A stretch of DNA of 64,000 nt from an uncultured virus (IMG/VR IMGVR_UViG_3300028840_003267) (IMGVR_UViG_3300028840_003267); one strand, 5' to 3'; positions 9,901 to 18,854 are shown, counted from the first letter of the stretch. A program made the numbers and translations. The notes: generated from the letters alone by a model not told the origin.

Positions 9901-9979
9901 TGCGAGCGTATCGGTCCAGAAGAGTCTTTCGTCCGAGCGCAGTCAACTCGTTCGACGCAAGATACTGCGGATATCGCAT
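6923..9979 (-). CDS. nrdJ: class II (adenosylcobalamin-dependent) ribonucleotide reductase with intein and C-terminal TSCPD/zinc-ribbon region
   Basis: Motifs PAGRIL, FNCNV, RGAGVG, RRGA, EPGV, ATNPCGEQPL, CNLGAINL, APTGT, STGIEP; C-terminal CPECG...EGCTSCAFCGYSKC. Confidence 0.93.
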   Translation of the reverse strand: MRYPQYLASNELTALGRKTLLDRYARKAPKTAPVELGDLVILCTDKESGQREIGSVIGVNNDDRTVNIRAEDGEEYTVDVEEVDKPLETDPQDVVQRVARALSKVEEKPRRWENIFKKLMGNWKFVPAGRILTGAGIQQETPLTFFNCNVIPAPKDSREGIIDTAKILAELFSRGAGVGTYLSSLRPRFAYVKGVNGRSSGAVSWGSLYSHLTGLIEQGGCVTGETLVATSKGDFPIKNLVGTTPDVYSYDCSTERTVLKTAKWVGKTGDSQRILRLTTTQGLILEATPDHLILCADKKYRPLQELEVGTALNVESASIHHVQSVEDCGEEDVYDLEVPDTHNFFVFSKGCKEGVFIHNSRRGAAMLVLHVWHPDVYEFIECKREPKAKQLALLADKLEYGFGLTEFAQEARDLAGQWPAHIQHANLSVGITDDFMEAVIHDRDWQLVFPDTTVPEYTEKWDGDLKKWQEEGHPIKVHKVVKARDLWNKLMYSAWDSAEPGVIYIDTVNSESTSWWYCNMLATNPCGEQPLPSWYGVCNLGAINLPRFLMEDPDDPNKVILDKEAYKNAIHVSMRFLDNVIDTTPYFFDEQEYNAKRERRVGLSPFMGLAEALVILGIRYGSEEAVDFVEEAGLVAASESLRASVDLAEEKGCCDVLATPEDREKFLESLYVQRILRYLPPEDNQDLQSRIREHGARNVSFTTSAPTGTIGTMVATSTGIEPFFRFEYRQNTNLGTHIKRERVLDEWYRQHGESAAVPDYFVSAGELTPKEHLVMTAALQRWIDSGISKTYNLPQEYTPEDIGKIYMEIWKRRCKGGTVFREGSRTVQVLESLDPKEKKTFEMSFPEKTPGPPKGDKKDGSTWSIDSPSGTLHATFNQYPTPDNPFETFLRIGKAGSDVGAMTEAFGRVISLFLQMRGPIRPTRRCELLVEQLEGIGGRDQVGFGPNKIRSIPDAIAKSISRHLQSIVGRDDDLSCSEDEEEKPASTHGLDMCPECGNLGLRSEEGCTSCAFCGYSKC
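8903..9319 (-). mobile_element. mini-intein (139 aa, no homing endonuclease) in nrdJ
   Basis: EQGG|CVTGETLV...LEATPDHLIL...VYDLEVPDTHNFF...FIHN|SRRGA: Cys1, block B TxxH, block F, terminal HN, Ser+1. Confidence 0.93.
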
Positions 9980-10027
9980 TCTTTCCCTATCCTTCCGCTG
10001 GCTTACAGAGCCACGTGCTGATTCTAG

Positions 10028-10183
10028 TTACAGGATGTCTGCCCAATCCCAAGCGAGCCCATGGACCGCGATATCAACACAGTCCATGGTCACGGCACAA
10101 CAGCGTTTGAAGACAGCACCTAATGCTACGGTTTTGGAGTAAATGGCTACGGCGAGAAATACGAGGCTTCCTACAAGAGTCAT
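10028..10183 (-). CDS. small putative membrane protein (51 aa)
   Basis: Not in track; MTLVGSLVFLAVAIYSKTVALGAVF...; purine-rich SD and AGTCAAAG motif upstream. Confidence 0.4.
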   Translation of the reverse strand: MTLVGSLVFLAVAIYSKTVALGAVFKRCCAVTMDCVDIAVHGLAWDWADIL

Positions 10184-10267
10184 GCGGTCTCTTCCTTCAC
10201 GATCTGCTGTGCTGAATCGGTAGGCAACGTTAACGTAACCTACTCGTCGTACCCAAGACTTTGACTA

Positions 10268-10510
10268 CTATTCGTTGGAACAGACCTTCTTCACCCATTC
10301 CACCAAAAGCTTCTTAACATCGGGAGTGGGAGGAAGGTGTCCTAGAAGGCACACAGGTCCTACAGGAGTTCTGCTCATGCGATCCCCGCACACAAGACAA
10401 ATCTCATTTTTCTTCAAGAATCCCTCGTAGCGCAGCGCAATATGACGCCAACTCTCAGCTAGCTCCCGCTGACACTTCAGATACCCATGCTCATCCGTCG
10501 TGCTACCCAT
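10268..10510 (-). CDS. hypothetical protein with possible zinc ribbon
   Basis: ATG 6 nt after AGTCAAAG; CLVCG...CLLGH. Confidence 0.6.
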   Translation of the reverse strand: MGSTTDEHGYLKCQRELAESWRHIALRYEGFLKKNEICLVCGDRMSRTPVGPVCLLGHLPPTPDVKKLLVEWVKKVCSNE

Positions 10511-10727
10511 ACCATACTTTGACTACTCTACTTTTAAAGAGCAGACAGAGAGTTGTGGCCACTTATAAAACGCTATATCTCGCCAAAAGTGGGGTCAAAA
10601 AGCGACTTCTGGCGGAATATAGCTTGACACCTCACTCAAAACATGGGACAACATACTCGAAGGTCGGGTACCTTCAAGGAGGAGGTGAAACATGCATCCA
10701 ATTTAGCATAGCTAAACGGAGGCATTC

Positions 10728-10916
10728 ATGGCTAACAAAGGCGCTCGCAAGGGCAACACTCCCTATGGAGTGGAAGACACCCCAATCCGTCGCGAAGAGA
10801 ACCGACGACGACGTGCTGTTACAAAGCAAGCTCTTCGGGAAGCAATTCGAGACGGTGAGCTGGATGACCTGGCTCTCCCAACCTTTCGCGGAACGGAGGG
10901 TTGGCTGACCTGGTGA
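10728..10916 (+). CDS. small Arg-rich protein
   Basis: GGAGG SD; preceded by TTGACA (10624) and a 4-codon mini-ORF. Confidence 0.65.
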   Translation: MANKGARKGNTPYGVEDTPIRREENRRRRAVTKQALREAIRDGELDDLALPTFRGTEGWLTW

Positions 10917-10919
10917 TAA

Positions 10920-11168
10920 GTGACTGTTCAGAACCAAATCACAGAAGAGAACCTTCTAGCGCGGACCAGACGGCGGCTGCTACAGATCTCCACTGACGAC
11001 ACCCCACTGACGCCAGAGCAAGAAGACAGAGCCTACATCATCCTTGCCTTGGACATCAGAGAGTGGACGCACTTCCAGAATCGATACGCAGCTATATCTA
11101 CGCTAGCGAGAACCTTACCGAGCACGTTTCTCCCTGTAATCAACGACATCCTCCACGATTATTCTTGA
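10920..11168 (+). CDS. hypothetical protein
   Basis: Follows previous gene directly; GTG start. Confidence 0.5.
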   Translation: MTVQNQITEENLLARTRRRLLQISTDDTPLTPEQEDRAYIILALDIREWTHFQNRYAAISTLARTLPSTFLPVINDILHDYS

Positions 11169-11192
11169 CAAGCGCATCTGTCTTCTGATAGA

Positions 11193-11714
11193 GTGATTCT
11201 TGAAGAGGAGATACCTATGCGAAGAAAAGGTAAGAAGGTCCACATCGTGGAAGGATCGTGGTGGGGAAATGACGCGGTCATCCAAGATGAAGTCCCTAAT
11301 AAAGAGGGGTACATTACAGTCGCCATCAACGATATCATCACCAGTGTCCCGGTCGGAGTCCTCCACACACTGACCGCTCCTGGGTTCGATCGTCCAGTAC
11401 CTGGAGATCCGATCACATGTACACGGAGAGCGCTCCATGCGTTGGAGCGACTTGAGTGGGTGCACGAAGACATGGAGACGTACATGAGAGACGTCTTCAT
11501 GAAGGAGCTGAACTCGAACCTCGTGAGAATCTGGAGTCTCGCCTACTTCGTCACGGAGCTTCGGGCATGTCGGGTGGCTGGGGAGATTCTTGAAGACACG
11601 GGATACAACATTCAGCAGTTCGGCTTCAAGGCTCTGGAGTCTGCTCTGGAGGAGTATCAAGCTCTTCCGACTCCTCCTCCTTTTGTGGCTCCTGCTGAAA
11701 TCGCAGGACAGTAG
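11193..11714 (+). CDS. hypothetical protein
   Basis: ORF; true start probably ATG 11217 after GAGGAG. Confidence 0.6.
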   Translation: MILEEEIPMRRKGKKVHIVEGSWWGNDAVIQDEVPNKEGYITVAINDIITSVPVGVLHTLTAPGFDRPVPGDPITCTRRALHALERLEWVHEDMETYMRDVFMKELNSNLVRIWSLAYFVTELRACRVAGEILEDTGYNIQQFGFKALESALEEYQALPTPPPFVAPAEIAGQ

Positions 11715-12225
11715 CGACAAGCTTCACGAGCTTAGGAGTCGTCACAGACACATCGGCATAGGCGAGCAGCCATGGGGGCTGTATCGTTCTGTTACACACC
11801 AAGACCGTAGGTATCCCAAGCTGCGTTGCCAGAACTAGGTCGACAGAGGGACCGCTAGAAAAGGCTGCGTCCCCATCGACAACTACAAGAGACGACCTCA
11901 CCAACAGATAATGGTTGACCGCGAGAATGGACGCTACGTAGCCTCCCTTGGCCATGTTTTGTGCCTCAGCGAGAGCTGCCGGCACTCCCTCCTCTCGCAC
12001 CGATGCGGCAAGATGTGGAGGGAAGCGTAGAAGCTGGAGAACTTCTGGACTGGCTACACAGGGGATATCCGCCAGAGTGTCCTCGTTGAGGTCTTGTTCA
12101 GCCAGGGGCTGTCCTGGGTCGTAGAGAATCGCCTCTGGGAACGTTTCTTGTAGTATCCTCACCCAAGAGGGCTGTGTCTCAGATTCATAGTAGTCGTAAG
12201 CTGCATAGATGAGAGGTTTGGTCAT
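11626..12225 (-). CDS. nucleoside 2-deoxyribosyltransferase-like (NDT fold) protein, divergent
   Basis: LIYAAY...LYDP...SSLVVVDGD..SSGPSVDLVLATQLGIPTVLV matches the SxGTxxExxxAxxxGxP pattern loosely. Confidence 0.5.
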   Translation of the reverse strand: MTKPLIYAAYDYYESETQPSWVRILQETFPEAILYDPGQPLAEQDLNEDTLADIPCVASPEVLQLLRFPPHLAASVREEGVPAALAEAQNMAKGGYVASILAVNHYLLVRSSLVVVDGDAAFSSGPSVDLVLATQLGIPTVLVCNRTIQPPWLLAYADVSVTTPKLVKLVATVLRFQQEPQKEEESEELDTPPEQTPEP

Positions 12226-12815
12226 TTCTGTCCTACAATCTTCGGAGGCTTTGGTCCAAAGAGTACCCCAATCTTCGTCTTCAGAATATCGGAAGTGACC
12301 TCCTGACTGATTCCAAAGACGCGTGCCAGCCGCTCAATCGAGCGTATCCTTGTGAAATTCTTGATCAGCGCATCGAACTCCTTCACCTCCAGAGTGTCCT
12401 CTTCTTCTTCATCTCCAGACTGCATTGCCTCAGAAGCGTCAATGCTTGCTTCTACAAGAGTCTGTATGCTCTTCAGCTCTTTGAGCACTGCGTCTCGGAG
12501 TTTGACGTGCTCCTTCTCCGAGAAGGCTTCGTCCAGCTCAGAAAGCTGCTGAAACAGGTTCTCCCTCGCATCTTGAAGAAGAGAATCGAGCTGCTCCGAC
12601 TCCAAGGTGATAGGAGGGGTACAGGAGGAGCACTGGATTGTGTTGAGATAGATTGGAGCTGCGAGCACTGGCTTGCCACACTCAGAGCAGTCCAGCGTTT
12701 GAACATCTTGCTTTGAGGTTTTGTTTACCAGCGACAAGACCTTCTGCTCATGCTGCTCAATCAGGCGAAGGAATTGTCCCTCTGCGTCTCTAGTTTCATC
12801 TTGGATAGTTGACAT
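12222..12815 (-). CDS. hypothetical protein with zinc ribbon and coiled coil
   Basis: CSECG...CSSC; GAGGTGAG SD. Confidence 0.65.
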   Translation of the reverse strand: MSTIQDETRDAEGQFLRLIEQHEQKVLSLVNKTSKQDVQTLDCSECGKPVLAAPIYLNTIQCSSCTPPITLESEQLDSLLQDARENLFQQLSELDEAFSEKEHVKLRDAVLKELKSIQTLVEASIDASEAMQSGDEEEEDTLEVKEFDALIKNFTRIRSIERLARVFGISQEVTSDILKTKIGVLFGPKPPKIVGQK

Positions 12816-12816
12816 C

Positions 12817-13470
12817 TCACCTCACATGCTCTGGGGTAGCACCTGTTTTCATCCCAGAGTAGATCATGGTCGTGATTCCCTGCTTCTGCTCACTATAGGA
12901 GTCCGCAGCCTGTTTCAAGGTCCACGTAGCGGTCTCAGCCGCCTTGATCAGGTGCTCTACATCTCCCAAGGCGTTGACTAGCTCCTTGAGAATCAAATGG
13001 ACTGCCCGTTTTCTATCGCCGTCCTTCTTTTTGTTCATATAGGGATGGAGCATCAGCCAAGCTTCACACTCCTTCCATGCCCGCTTGAGGTCCCGTGCCA
13101 TATCCATGAGTCCGATCTGAGTTGACGAGACCCGCTCTCGATAGGATTGGATGACACCGATGAGCGCTACAACCTTCGGGAGATCAGCTTCAGTCCGCAC
13201 TGTCTTGTCGATCTTCTTCGCGCTCATGTATTGCTGTAGCTCAACGGTGAAGCTCTTATCCGGAGTGAACAGCTCCGCTAATCCATTAGCCTGTTGGATG
13301 TGAGGAGCGAGACGCATACGATCTACGAACTCAGCCCACGTCTCATCCGCTGGAACAGCCAGCCAGTCCCTATCTTCTGGAGAAGTCTCCTTCGGAGGGT
13401 CTGGTTCAGGAACAGGTTCCGCTGGAACGTCTGGCTCAGACTCAGGCTGTGTTGTTTCCGGCTCTGTCAT
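12817..13470 (-). CDS. hypothetical coiled-coil protein in replication module (possibly recombination mediator-like)
   Basis: Helical/coiled-coil composition, position near clamp and helicase; function weakly supported. Confidence 0.55.
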   Translation of the reverse strand: MTEPETTQPESEPDVPAEPVPEPDPPKETSPEDRDWLAVPADETWAEFVDRMRLAPHIQQANGLAELFTPDKSFTVELQQYMSAKKIDKTVRTEADLPKVVALIGVIQSYRERVSSTQIGLMDMARDLKRAWKECEAWLMLHPYMNKKKDGDRKRAVHLILKELVNALGDVEHLIKAAETATWTLKQAADSYSEQKQGITTMIYSGMKTGATPEHVR

Positions 13471-13479
13471 CGTTTACAT

Positions 13480-13758
13480 TTACCTCGCTGAGGACCTCCA
13501 CAAAGAGATCTTCTGCATCAGATAGAGAGCAACACGTGAAGGTTCTCCAATAATCTGGACGATGGCGTCCGTCGTCCCATCATCTAATACGACAGGATGG
13601 CGGCATTTGATCGTGGGACGGACGATGAACACAATGTTGGGAATGAAGCTCGCATCCACCCAGAGTGGGGACTCCGAGACCGCCTCGAACGTCGGCCAGT
13701 CATCCCTGTCACTTGCGCTGTTTGGCAGCACGAGCGAAGAATAGGTAGTCATCTCCAT
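13480..13758 (-). CDS. hypothetical protein
   Basis: ORF in packed minus-strand operon. Confidence 0.5.
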   Translation of the reverse strand: MEMTTYSSLVLPNSASDRDDWPTFEAVSESPLWVDASFIPNIVFIVRPTIKCRHPVVLDDGTTDAIVQIIGEPSRVALYLMQKISLWRSSAR

Positions 13759-14074
13759 AGCGATACAAGCGCATCCTGTTGTCTTTCGCCAGCAGCTCCG
13801 GTGTCTGTGGCGTCAAGTCTGAGACACTCTTCATGAGATAGATCCACTGCTCTTCGTAGACCTCACCCCACCGTGGTTGCTTCACCTCCAAGATGTACCC
13901 CAGAGCTTTAGGAGACGCTGTGACAGAATAGAATGTGATCACCTCATCGTCGTACCGCACATTCAGAGACAGAGACTTCCCTTGTGGCTGCTCGTATCCC
14001 TTCATCAGCACGATGGTGTCGTCGATGACCTGGATCTTCTTCGGATTTACAGGAGAGTCTTTGAAGACGCTCAG
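13709..14074 (-). CDS. hypothetical protein (start uncertain)
   Basis: Fills the gap after the clamp gene; no clear canonical start at the junction. Confidence 0.4.
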   Translation of the reverse strand: MSVFKDSPVNPKKIQVIDDTIVLMKGYEQPQGKSLSLNVRYDDEVITFYSVTASPKALGYILEVKQPRWGEVYEEQWIYLMKSVSDLTPQTPELLAKDNRMRLYRYGDDYLFFARAAKQRK

Positions 14075-15279
14075 GAGTCCTTTGCTATCTGCGGGATGAT
14101 GTAGTAGGTCTGCATCTGCCCCCGCAATTGATTTTGTTTTTCCGGGTCTGTCTCTGCGGCGATTTCTTCCGGTTTCGGTCCCGAATAGACCAACACTGCT
14201 GCCGGGTTCGACCATACTTTCACCTCTGCGGAACCACTTCCCAGCAGCCCCAAGCTTTCTGTCATGTGACGGGCTCCCAACTGCATCTTCAGCTCACCCT
14301 GTGGTCCCGCAGTGAGAGGAAGCTCACTCGTAGCTTCTCCGCTCGCTGCACGCACATCGATCTTCAGGACCTCAGCAGTGGCGACACAATCGAGAGTGAT
14401 CTCTTGGACCGGTGCCCCAACAGAGACAACCACGCTCGTAGCTTGGTTGATTCCACCAAGGAAGGTCTGAACATCAGCATGAAGCTCCCCAGAGAATACC
14501 GACGGAGGCTTCTGGAGCTGCTCAATCCACATCTCGATATCTTGAGCCTCGAATGCAAGAAGAGGTTGATAGAGGTCGACAGCAGCCGACAGCAGATGGA
14601 AGACTTTCCCATCCGTTCCGATCTGGATTGGCCCCTTCACCTTGCTGACGATACTCCAGAGGATGGGAGGAAGCATCACGTCCATGAACGTGTGAGAAGT
14701 ACCTGGCTCCCTCTGAAGCACGATTGGGAGCTGCTTCTTCGCGATGACAGCACGGACGTTCGACTCAATGGAGGACAGAGCCAGCGTCACTGGAGATTCG
14801 ACGTTCTGCTCGTCTCCGTACAACTGACAGCGTATCCCGTAGGGCTGTCCTACAAGAGTCGGTTGAAGGAACGCGCGCTTCGTGCACTCAACGAAGTCCT
14901 CAGCCGCCAAGTTGAAGGGAGTGGGGATGATCTCCGCTGGACGAGACGCCTTGAAGCGATCAACATCCTGGGAGGTCTCCACGTGACCCTGGAAACTGCC
15001 GGATTGGAAGTCGAGCCAGTTGTTGTTCAAAGTCAGCCGTACCTTGGCTCCGAGACGAAGAGACGTCAGATAGGCCGATTTGACGACTACCTCACCTTCC
15101 TGATGGACTTCAGCAGGGAGCGTACACTTCAAGTATGTCCCATCCTTGAAGCCTTCCAGCGTCAATCCGTCAGTCTTGCTCGCCGTTACCAAGCACTCTC
15201 CGTCAGCTTTCTGACCCAAGGAGTTCGAGATCATCTTGATCCTATCCTTCAGGTCGGAAGCTTTTGTCTCTACCAGCAT
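14071..15279 (-). CDS. DNA polymerase sliding clamp, beta/DnaN-like
   Basis: About 400 aa with repeating clamp-like pattern (LTLEGFKDGTYLKCTLPAEVHQEGEVVV, AEDFVECTKRA, LGARHMTESLGLL); adjacent to helicase. Confidence 0.65.
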   Translation of the reverse strand: MLVETKASDLKDRIKMISNSLGQKADGECLVTASKTDGLTLEGFKDGTYLKCTLPAEVHQEGEVVVKSAYLTSLRLGAKVRLTLNNNWLDFQSGSFQGHVETSQDVDRFKASRPAEIIPTPFNLAAEDFVECTKRAFLQPTLVGQPYGIRCQLYGDEQNVESPVTLALSSIESNVRAVIAKKQLPIVLQREPGTSHTFMDVMLPPILWSIVSKVKGPIQIGTDGKVFHLLSAAVDLYQPLLAFEAQDIEMWIEQLQKPPSVFSGELHADVQTFLGGINQATSVVVSVGAPVQEITLDCVATAEVLKIDVRAASGEATSELPLTAGPQGELKMQLGARHMTESLGLLGSGSAEVKVWSNPAAVLVYSGPKPEEIAAETDPEKQNQLRGQMQTYYIIPQIAKDS

Positions 15280-15323
15280 GCTTTCTCCTTAGCTCCTAAA
15301 TTTCGTCAGGGCCTAAATCTGAG

Positions 15324-16652
15324 CTACCTCAGCTCATCCATGAAATCCAAGGTCGCCTCTGTATCATTGACTTGTTCTTGTTGAGATGGCATTTCCACAT
15401 AGTCCGTCATCCGCATACGTTCATAGTCTGCCCGAACCTTGAAGGAGAAGCGCTCCGTGTGCCGAGACACCATCTGTCCAATCTCCACGACTCCTGTAGC
15501 TTCCTCGGACTCTCCATAAGTCCACGTCCAAACGTAGTCCGCATGCTCCTCGATAGCTCTGGAGTAGCGAATGTTTCCGCTGGTGACGTCTGTCTGTGTG
15601 GCTGCGATGACTGGACAGTTCAGAAGCCCTGTGAGCTGCTTGCAGTCACGAGCTTGGTCATTGAGGATCTGATGCTTCGGTGTATCTGGAGAGCCGTCAT
15701 ACCGGAGAAGATTCAAGTAATCGATGATAACGAAGTCGAACCCATAAGGCTTCAGAAGCAGTCCAATCTCACTGAGAGACAAGGACATTGTTGGCCATAC
15801 CGTGAGCCTACAGTTGTTGGTCAGTCCGTGCTGAACGAAGTTCTGGTATGCCTGCGTAATTCTGGCACTTTCAGCTCTCGACGTTTTCTTGAGACGGATC
15901 TTGCTGTAGGGAATACCAGAGATGTTGGACAAGAGGCGTCCACCATACTCTTCCTCTCCCATCTCCAGAGTGATGATACAGCCAGACAGACCGAGCTGAT
16001 ACATGTTCAGCCCTTCGTTAAGACACAGTATGGACTTCCCGCCTTTCCTGTGACAGGCGACAATCTGGAGGTTGTTGCGCGCGAGTCCACCAGCTACCTC
16101 GTCGAACCCTCGAAAACCAGTAGGTACAAAGACCTGCTGCAGGTTTGGGTTCATGATGCGTTGGAACACCTCTTCTGTATTGTCTCCCTTGCCGAAGTGG
16201 AATAGAGCCTCCTGCTGGTCCTTGGACCGGACCACGGTGATGGTGTTCTCCATCGCTGTGACGACATCATCTAGGCTTGGCGTCTCCTTCTCCATTTCCT
16301 CCGTTGTCATCTGGAGAGTATTGAAGAGGACACGTCCATTCTCATATGTGCGCAGTGTGTCGAGCAAAGCCTCCGCATCCTCCATCGTATTGATAGGAGT
16401 CATGGAAGGCTGAGAGATCATGGTACGTGCGACATCGGACAGAGCGACGTCTTGCGCCATGATTGGGCTAGTCGGGATCGGCTTCGCACTCTCTACAAGA
16501 AACCGTATTCGCTTATGAATCTCTCTGTTGGCTTCAAATCCAAAAATAGTGTCGCGGAATCCTCCTAGAAGTCGAGCTTTAATACGTTCATCCGGGGAAT
16601 CAAGCGCAGCTTTGAGGGCTGCCAGCTCCGCTTCAGGTTTGTTTCTTTTCAT
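15324..16652 (-). CDS. replicative helicase, DnaB-like
   Basis: VPTGFRGFDEVAGGL, Walker A ACHRKGGKS, ITLEM, IIDYLNL, VIAATQ, RYSRAIEEHADYV. Confidence 0.92.
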   Translation of the reverse strand: MKRNKPEAELAALKAALDSPDERIKARLLGGFRDTIFGFEANREIHKRIRFLVESAKPIPTSPIMAQDVALSDVARTMISQPSMTPINTMEDAEALLDTLRTYENGRVLFNTLQMTTEEMEKETPSLDDVVTAMENTITVVRSKDQQEALFHFGKGDNTEEVFQRIMNPNLQQVFVPTGFRGFDEVAGGLARNNLQIVACHRKGGKSILCLNEGLNMYQLGLSGCIITLEMGEEEYGGRLLSNISGIPYSKIRLKKTSRAESARITQAYQNFVQHGLTNNCRLTVWPTMSLSLSEIGLLLKPYGFDFVIIDYLNLLRYDGSPDTPKHQILNDQARDCKQLTGLLNCPVIAATQTDVTSGNIRYSRAIEEHADYVWTWTYGESEEATGVVEIGQMVSRHTERFSFKVRADYERMRMTDYVEMPSQQEQVNDTEATLDFMDELR

Positions 16653-16823
16653 TAACGCTCCGTGGAGTAGGCGTCAGCAGCAACGCTGGCTGATCCTTTG
16701 CCGTACCTTCTTTGACTGGTTTGGATTCAAACGTCAGGAGGAGGGTCGGGACATCCACAATGGAACGCTTTAGAGCGTCTGTTTTCGGTAGTTTGGAGGC
16801 GATCATTGGACTTACTCATGGGT

Positions 16824-17402
16824 CTACAGCGCTCTCTGCTTCATCAGATTACCCTCGAAGTAAAACAGGACGTTGGGTTGAATATTGAGGACCTTGGTGG
16901 CATATTCATGCGGGTTCCCAGCCACTACAAGAATACACACTCTATCCTGATAGGCGTGAACGCGGTCTTTGACTTTCATAATCCTTTCATTGGTGTAGGC
17001 GGTAGCCGACAGATTATACATAACCACAACCTGATCTTTGGATGTTGGAGCGTCGTAGCTCGCCACATCGAAGACATGCACGCCACCAAGCCACTGGAGA
17101 ACCGCTACCTTTGCAAAACGACAGGCAATGACCATCGCCTTCGCATCTGTAGGAGATGACCCTACAACAGCAAGAAGAGAAGACGTCCGGAGCCTCTCGA
17201 CATCCATGAGCCAGTTGTAATGCTTGAGCTGTCCCTCACTGGAGAGATTCTTGAAGGAACCGTCTGCTTGAGTGCATAGCAAGGGATAGGGAGCTAGCTC
17301 GTAGTCGTCAGCCCAAAACTGTTGAGGTATCCCAGCAGCGTAGAACCACCGGTCTTCTTCAGTCTTGACCCGTCCGATATCTCGTGAGGTATACTTTCGC
17401 AT
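16824..17402 (-). CDS. hypothetical protein, possibly degenerate DnaC-like helicase loader
   Basis: AGIPQQFW N-terminal motif, upstream of helicase; no intact Walker A. Confidence 0.4.
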   Translation of the reverse strand: MRKYTSRDIGRVKTEEDRWFYAAGIPQQFWADDYELAPYPLLCTQADGSFKNLSSEGQLKHYNWLMDVERLRTSSLLAVVGSSPTDAKAMVIACRFAKVAVLQWLGGVHVFDVASYDAPTSKDQVVVMYNLSATAYTNERIMKVKDRVHAYQDRVCILVVAGNPHEYATKVLNIQPNVLFYFEGNLMKQRAL

Positions 17403-17430
17403 ACACTCTTTTGACTAGAATAATCTGAAG

Positions 17431-18177
17431 TCAGTTAGAGAAGCGCTCTTGGATGGCGTCGACATCCCCATCGACGAAGCGCGTCCAGTTGACGATTGTA
17501 GCGTCTTCACTGTCATCGAAGGAGAGAGGGTACATCACGGAGGCTGTGTAGTCGTCGTGTCCGAGAAATAGGACGTGCCCAAGTTCGTGGACCAAGACGA
17601 TGTAACTGACGCGCTCGGATGCAATCGCACGTATTCCAACGTGAGCGCATAGCCCGTTGGAGTCGCATGCCTCATTACCAGATACGAGATCTGTTGATCC
17701 GTCCCTGTTGTAGAAGTGGCTAACGTAGCCCTCGGCTCGCTCCGCTGGACCGTTTCCGTAGGGGACTCCCCAGAAGATGGTGACGGTAGCTGGAGATCCG
17801 GGTGCCACCTTTTGAAACGCTTGGAATCCAAATTGGGAGTTGGCATCTTCCAGGGCTTGGTCGATCGCCCGCCACGCGTCGTGGTCTCTTTGAAGTACCT
17901 TGCCGTCATGCGATAGCGCGGTGACGGTAAGCGGGAAGCTCGCCTTCGTCCACAGAGGTTCTGTAGTCCTCTCACATGCGACTTCGCCATCAGACCTCTC
18001 TCCTTCTATGCCTTGATCGAAGTACAGGACCCGGTCTCCGTGCCGACACACCTCCATGAAGGTTGCTTCATCATGACCAGTGATTCCAACAATGAGCAGA
18101 ACCGCGACAACAATAGCGAGAACGACAGCAAAGACTATCGTCCCAATTGTCAATCCTTTTTTGAGCTTACTGTGCAT
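17431..18177 (-). CDS. membrane-anchored metzincin (matrixin-like) metalloprotease
   Basis: N-terminal TM helix; HELGHVLFLGH zinc motif; Met-turn SVMYP. Confidence 0.85.
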   Translation of the reverse strand: MHSKLKKGLTIGTIVFAVVLAIVVAVLLIVGITGHDEATFMEVCRHGDRVLYFDQGIEGERSDGEVACERTTEPLWTKASFPLTVTALSHDGKVLQRDHDAWRAIDQALEDANSQFGFQAFQKVAPGSPATVTIFWGVPYGNGPAERAEGYVSHFYNRDGSTDLVSGNEACDSNGLCAHVGIRAIASERVSYIVLVHELGHVLFLGHDDYTASVMYPLSFDDSEDATIVNWTRFVDGDVDAIQERFSN

Positions 18178-18194
18178 GACAACTCCTTACCACG

Positions 18195-18854
18195 TCATTC
18201 GTGGCATTCTCTATGTCCAGGACGGCACTTCCGCTCCAACGCATGCCATCCAGGAGGTACCCCATCTTTTCGCACTTCCCACACCACGGTGTTGCGCCCA
18301 GATGCCCACCCCACCGGAAGAGAGAAGCTAGCGAACTCGACGACGTGTCCAGGAAACCAGTCAAAGAGTATCTGGAAGTCGTCGTAGCTCGCTGGAGACA
18401 GGTGCTTCCGCATCAGATAGAGCGCGGCTACACCAGAGGCATGCAGCTCCTCAATCTTGAAGGCATGTCTCATGTTGCACTTCTCGTAGGTGTAGCGAAG
18501 GGATAAACCACCGACCGCTTGCTGGACTTCCCCTTGGAACGTGAGAAGATGATCTGGAGCAGCCTCACAGAACACGAAGTCGTCCTTGTTGTAGCCTTCC
18601 TGTTCCGCCAAGATCTCTCGCGTGACCACCGCACAGTCAGATGGGATTTTATTGCCAAGCCACGGAGCCCCGGAACCGGAGCCTGCGTAGCGAAGCCCGA
18701 TGTTCCCATCGTAGCCGCTCTCTACAAACTCCTCAGCGGTCCTCCAGACGTTGAGCTGGTTACCGAAAGCCCCAAGTGCGGAATACTTGTAGTATTTCGT
18801 TTTGACGTCGATCAAATGAGGAAGCTGCATGGTTGTATCCAGGTAACCTTTCAT
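18195..18854 (-). CDS. hypothetical phage protein
   Basis: 219-aa ORF in operon. Confidence 0.65.
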   Translation of the reverse strand: MKGYLDTTMQLPHLIDVKTKYYKYSALGAFGNQLNVWRTAEEFVESGYDGNIGLRYAGSGSGAPWLGNKIPSDCAVVTREILAEQEGYNKDDFVFCEAAPDHLLTFQGEVQQAVGGLSLRYTYEKCNMRHAFKIEELHASGVAALYLMRKHLSPASYDDFQILFDWFPGHVVEFASFSLPVGWASGRNTVVWEVRKDGVPPGWHALERKCRPGHRECHE

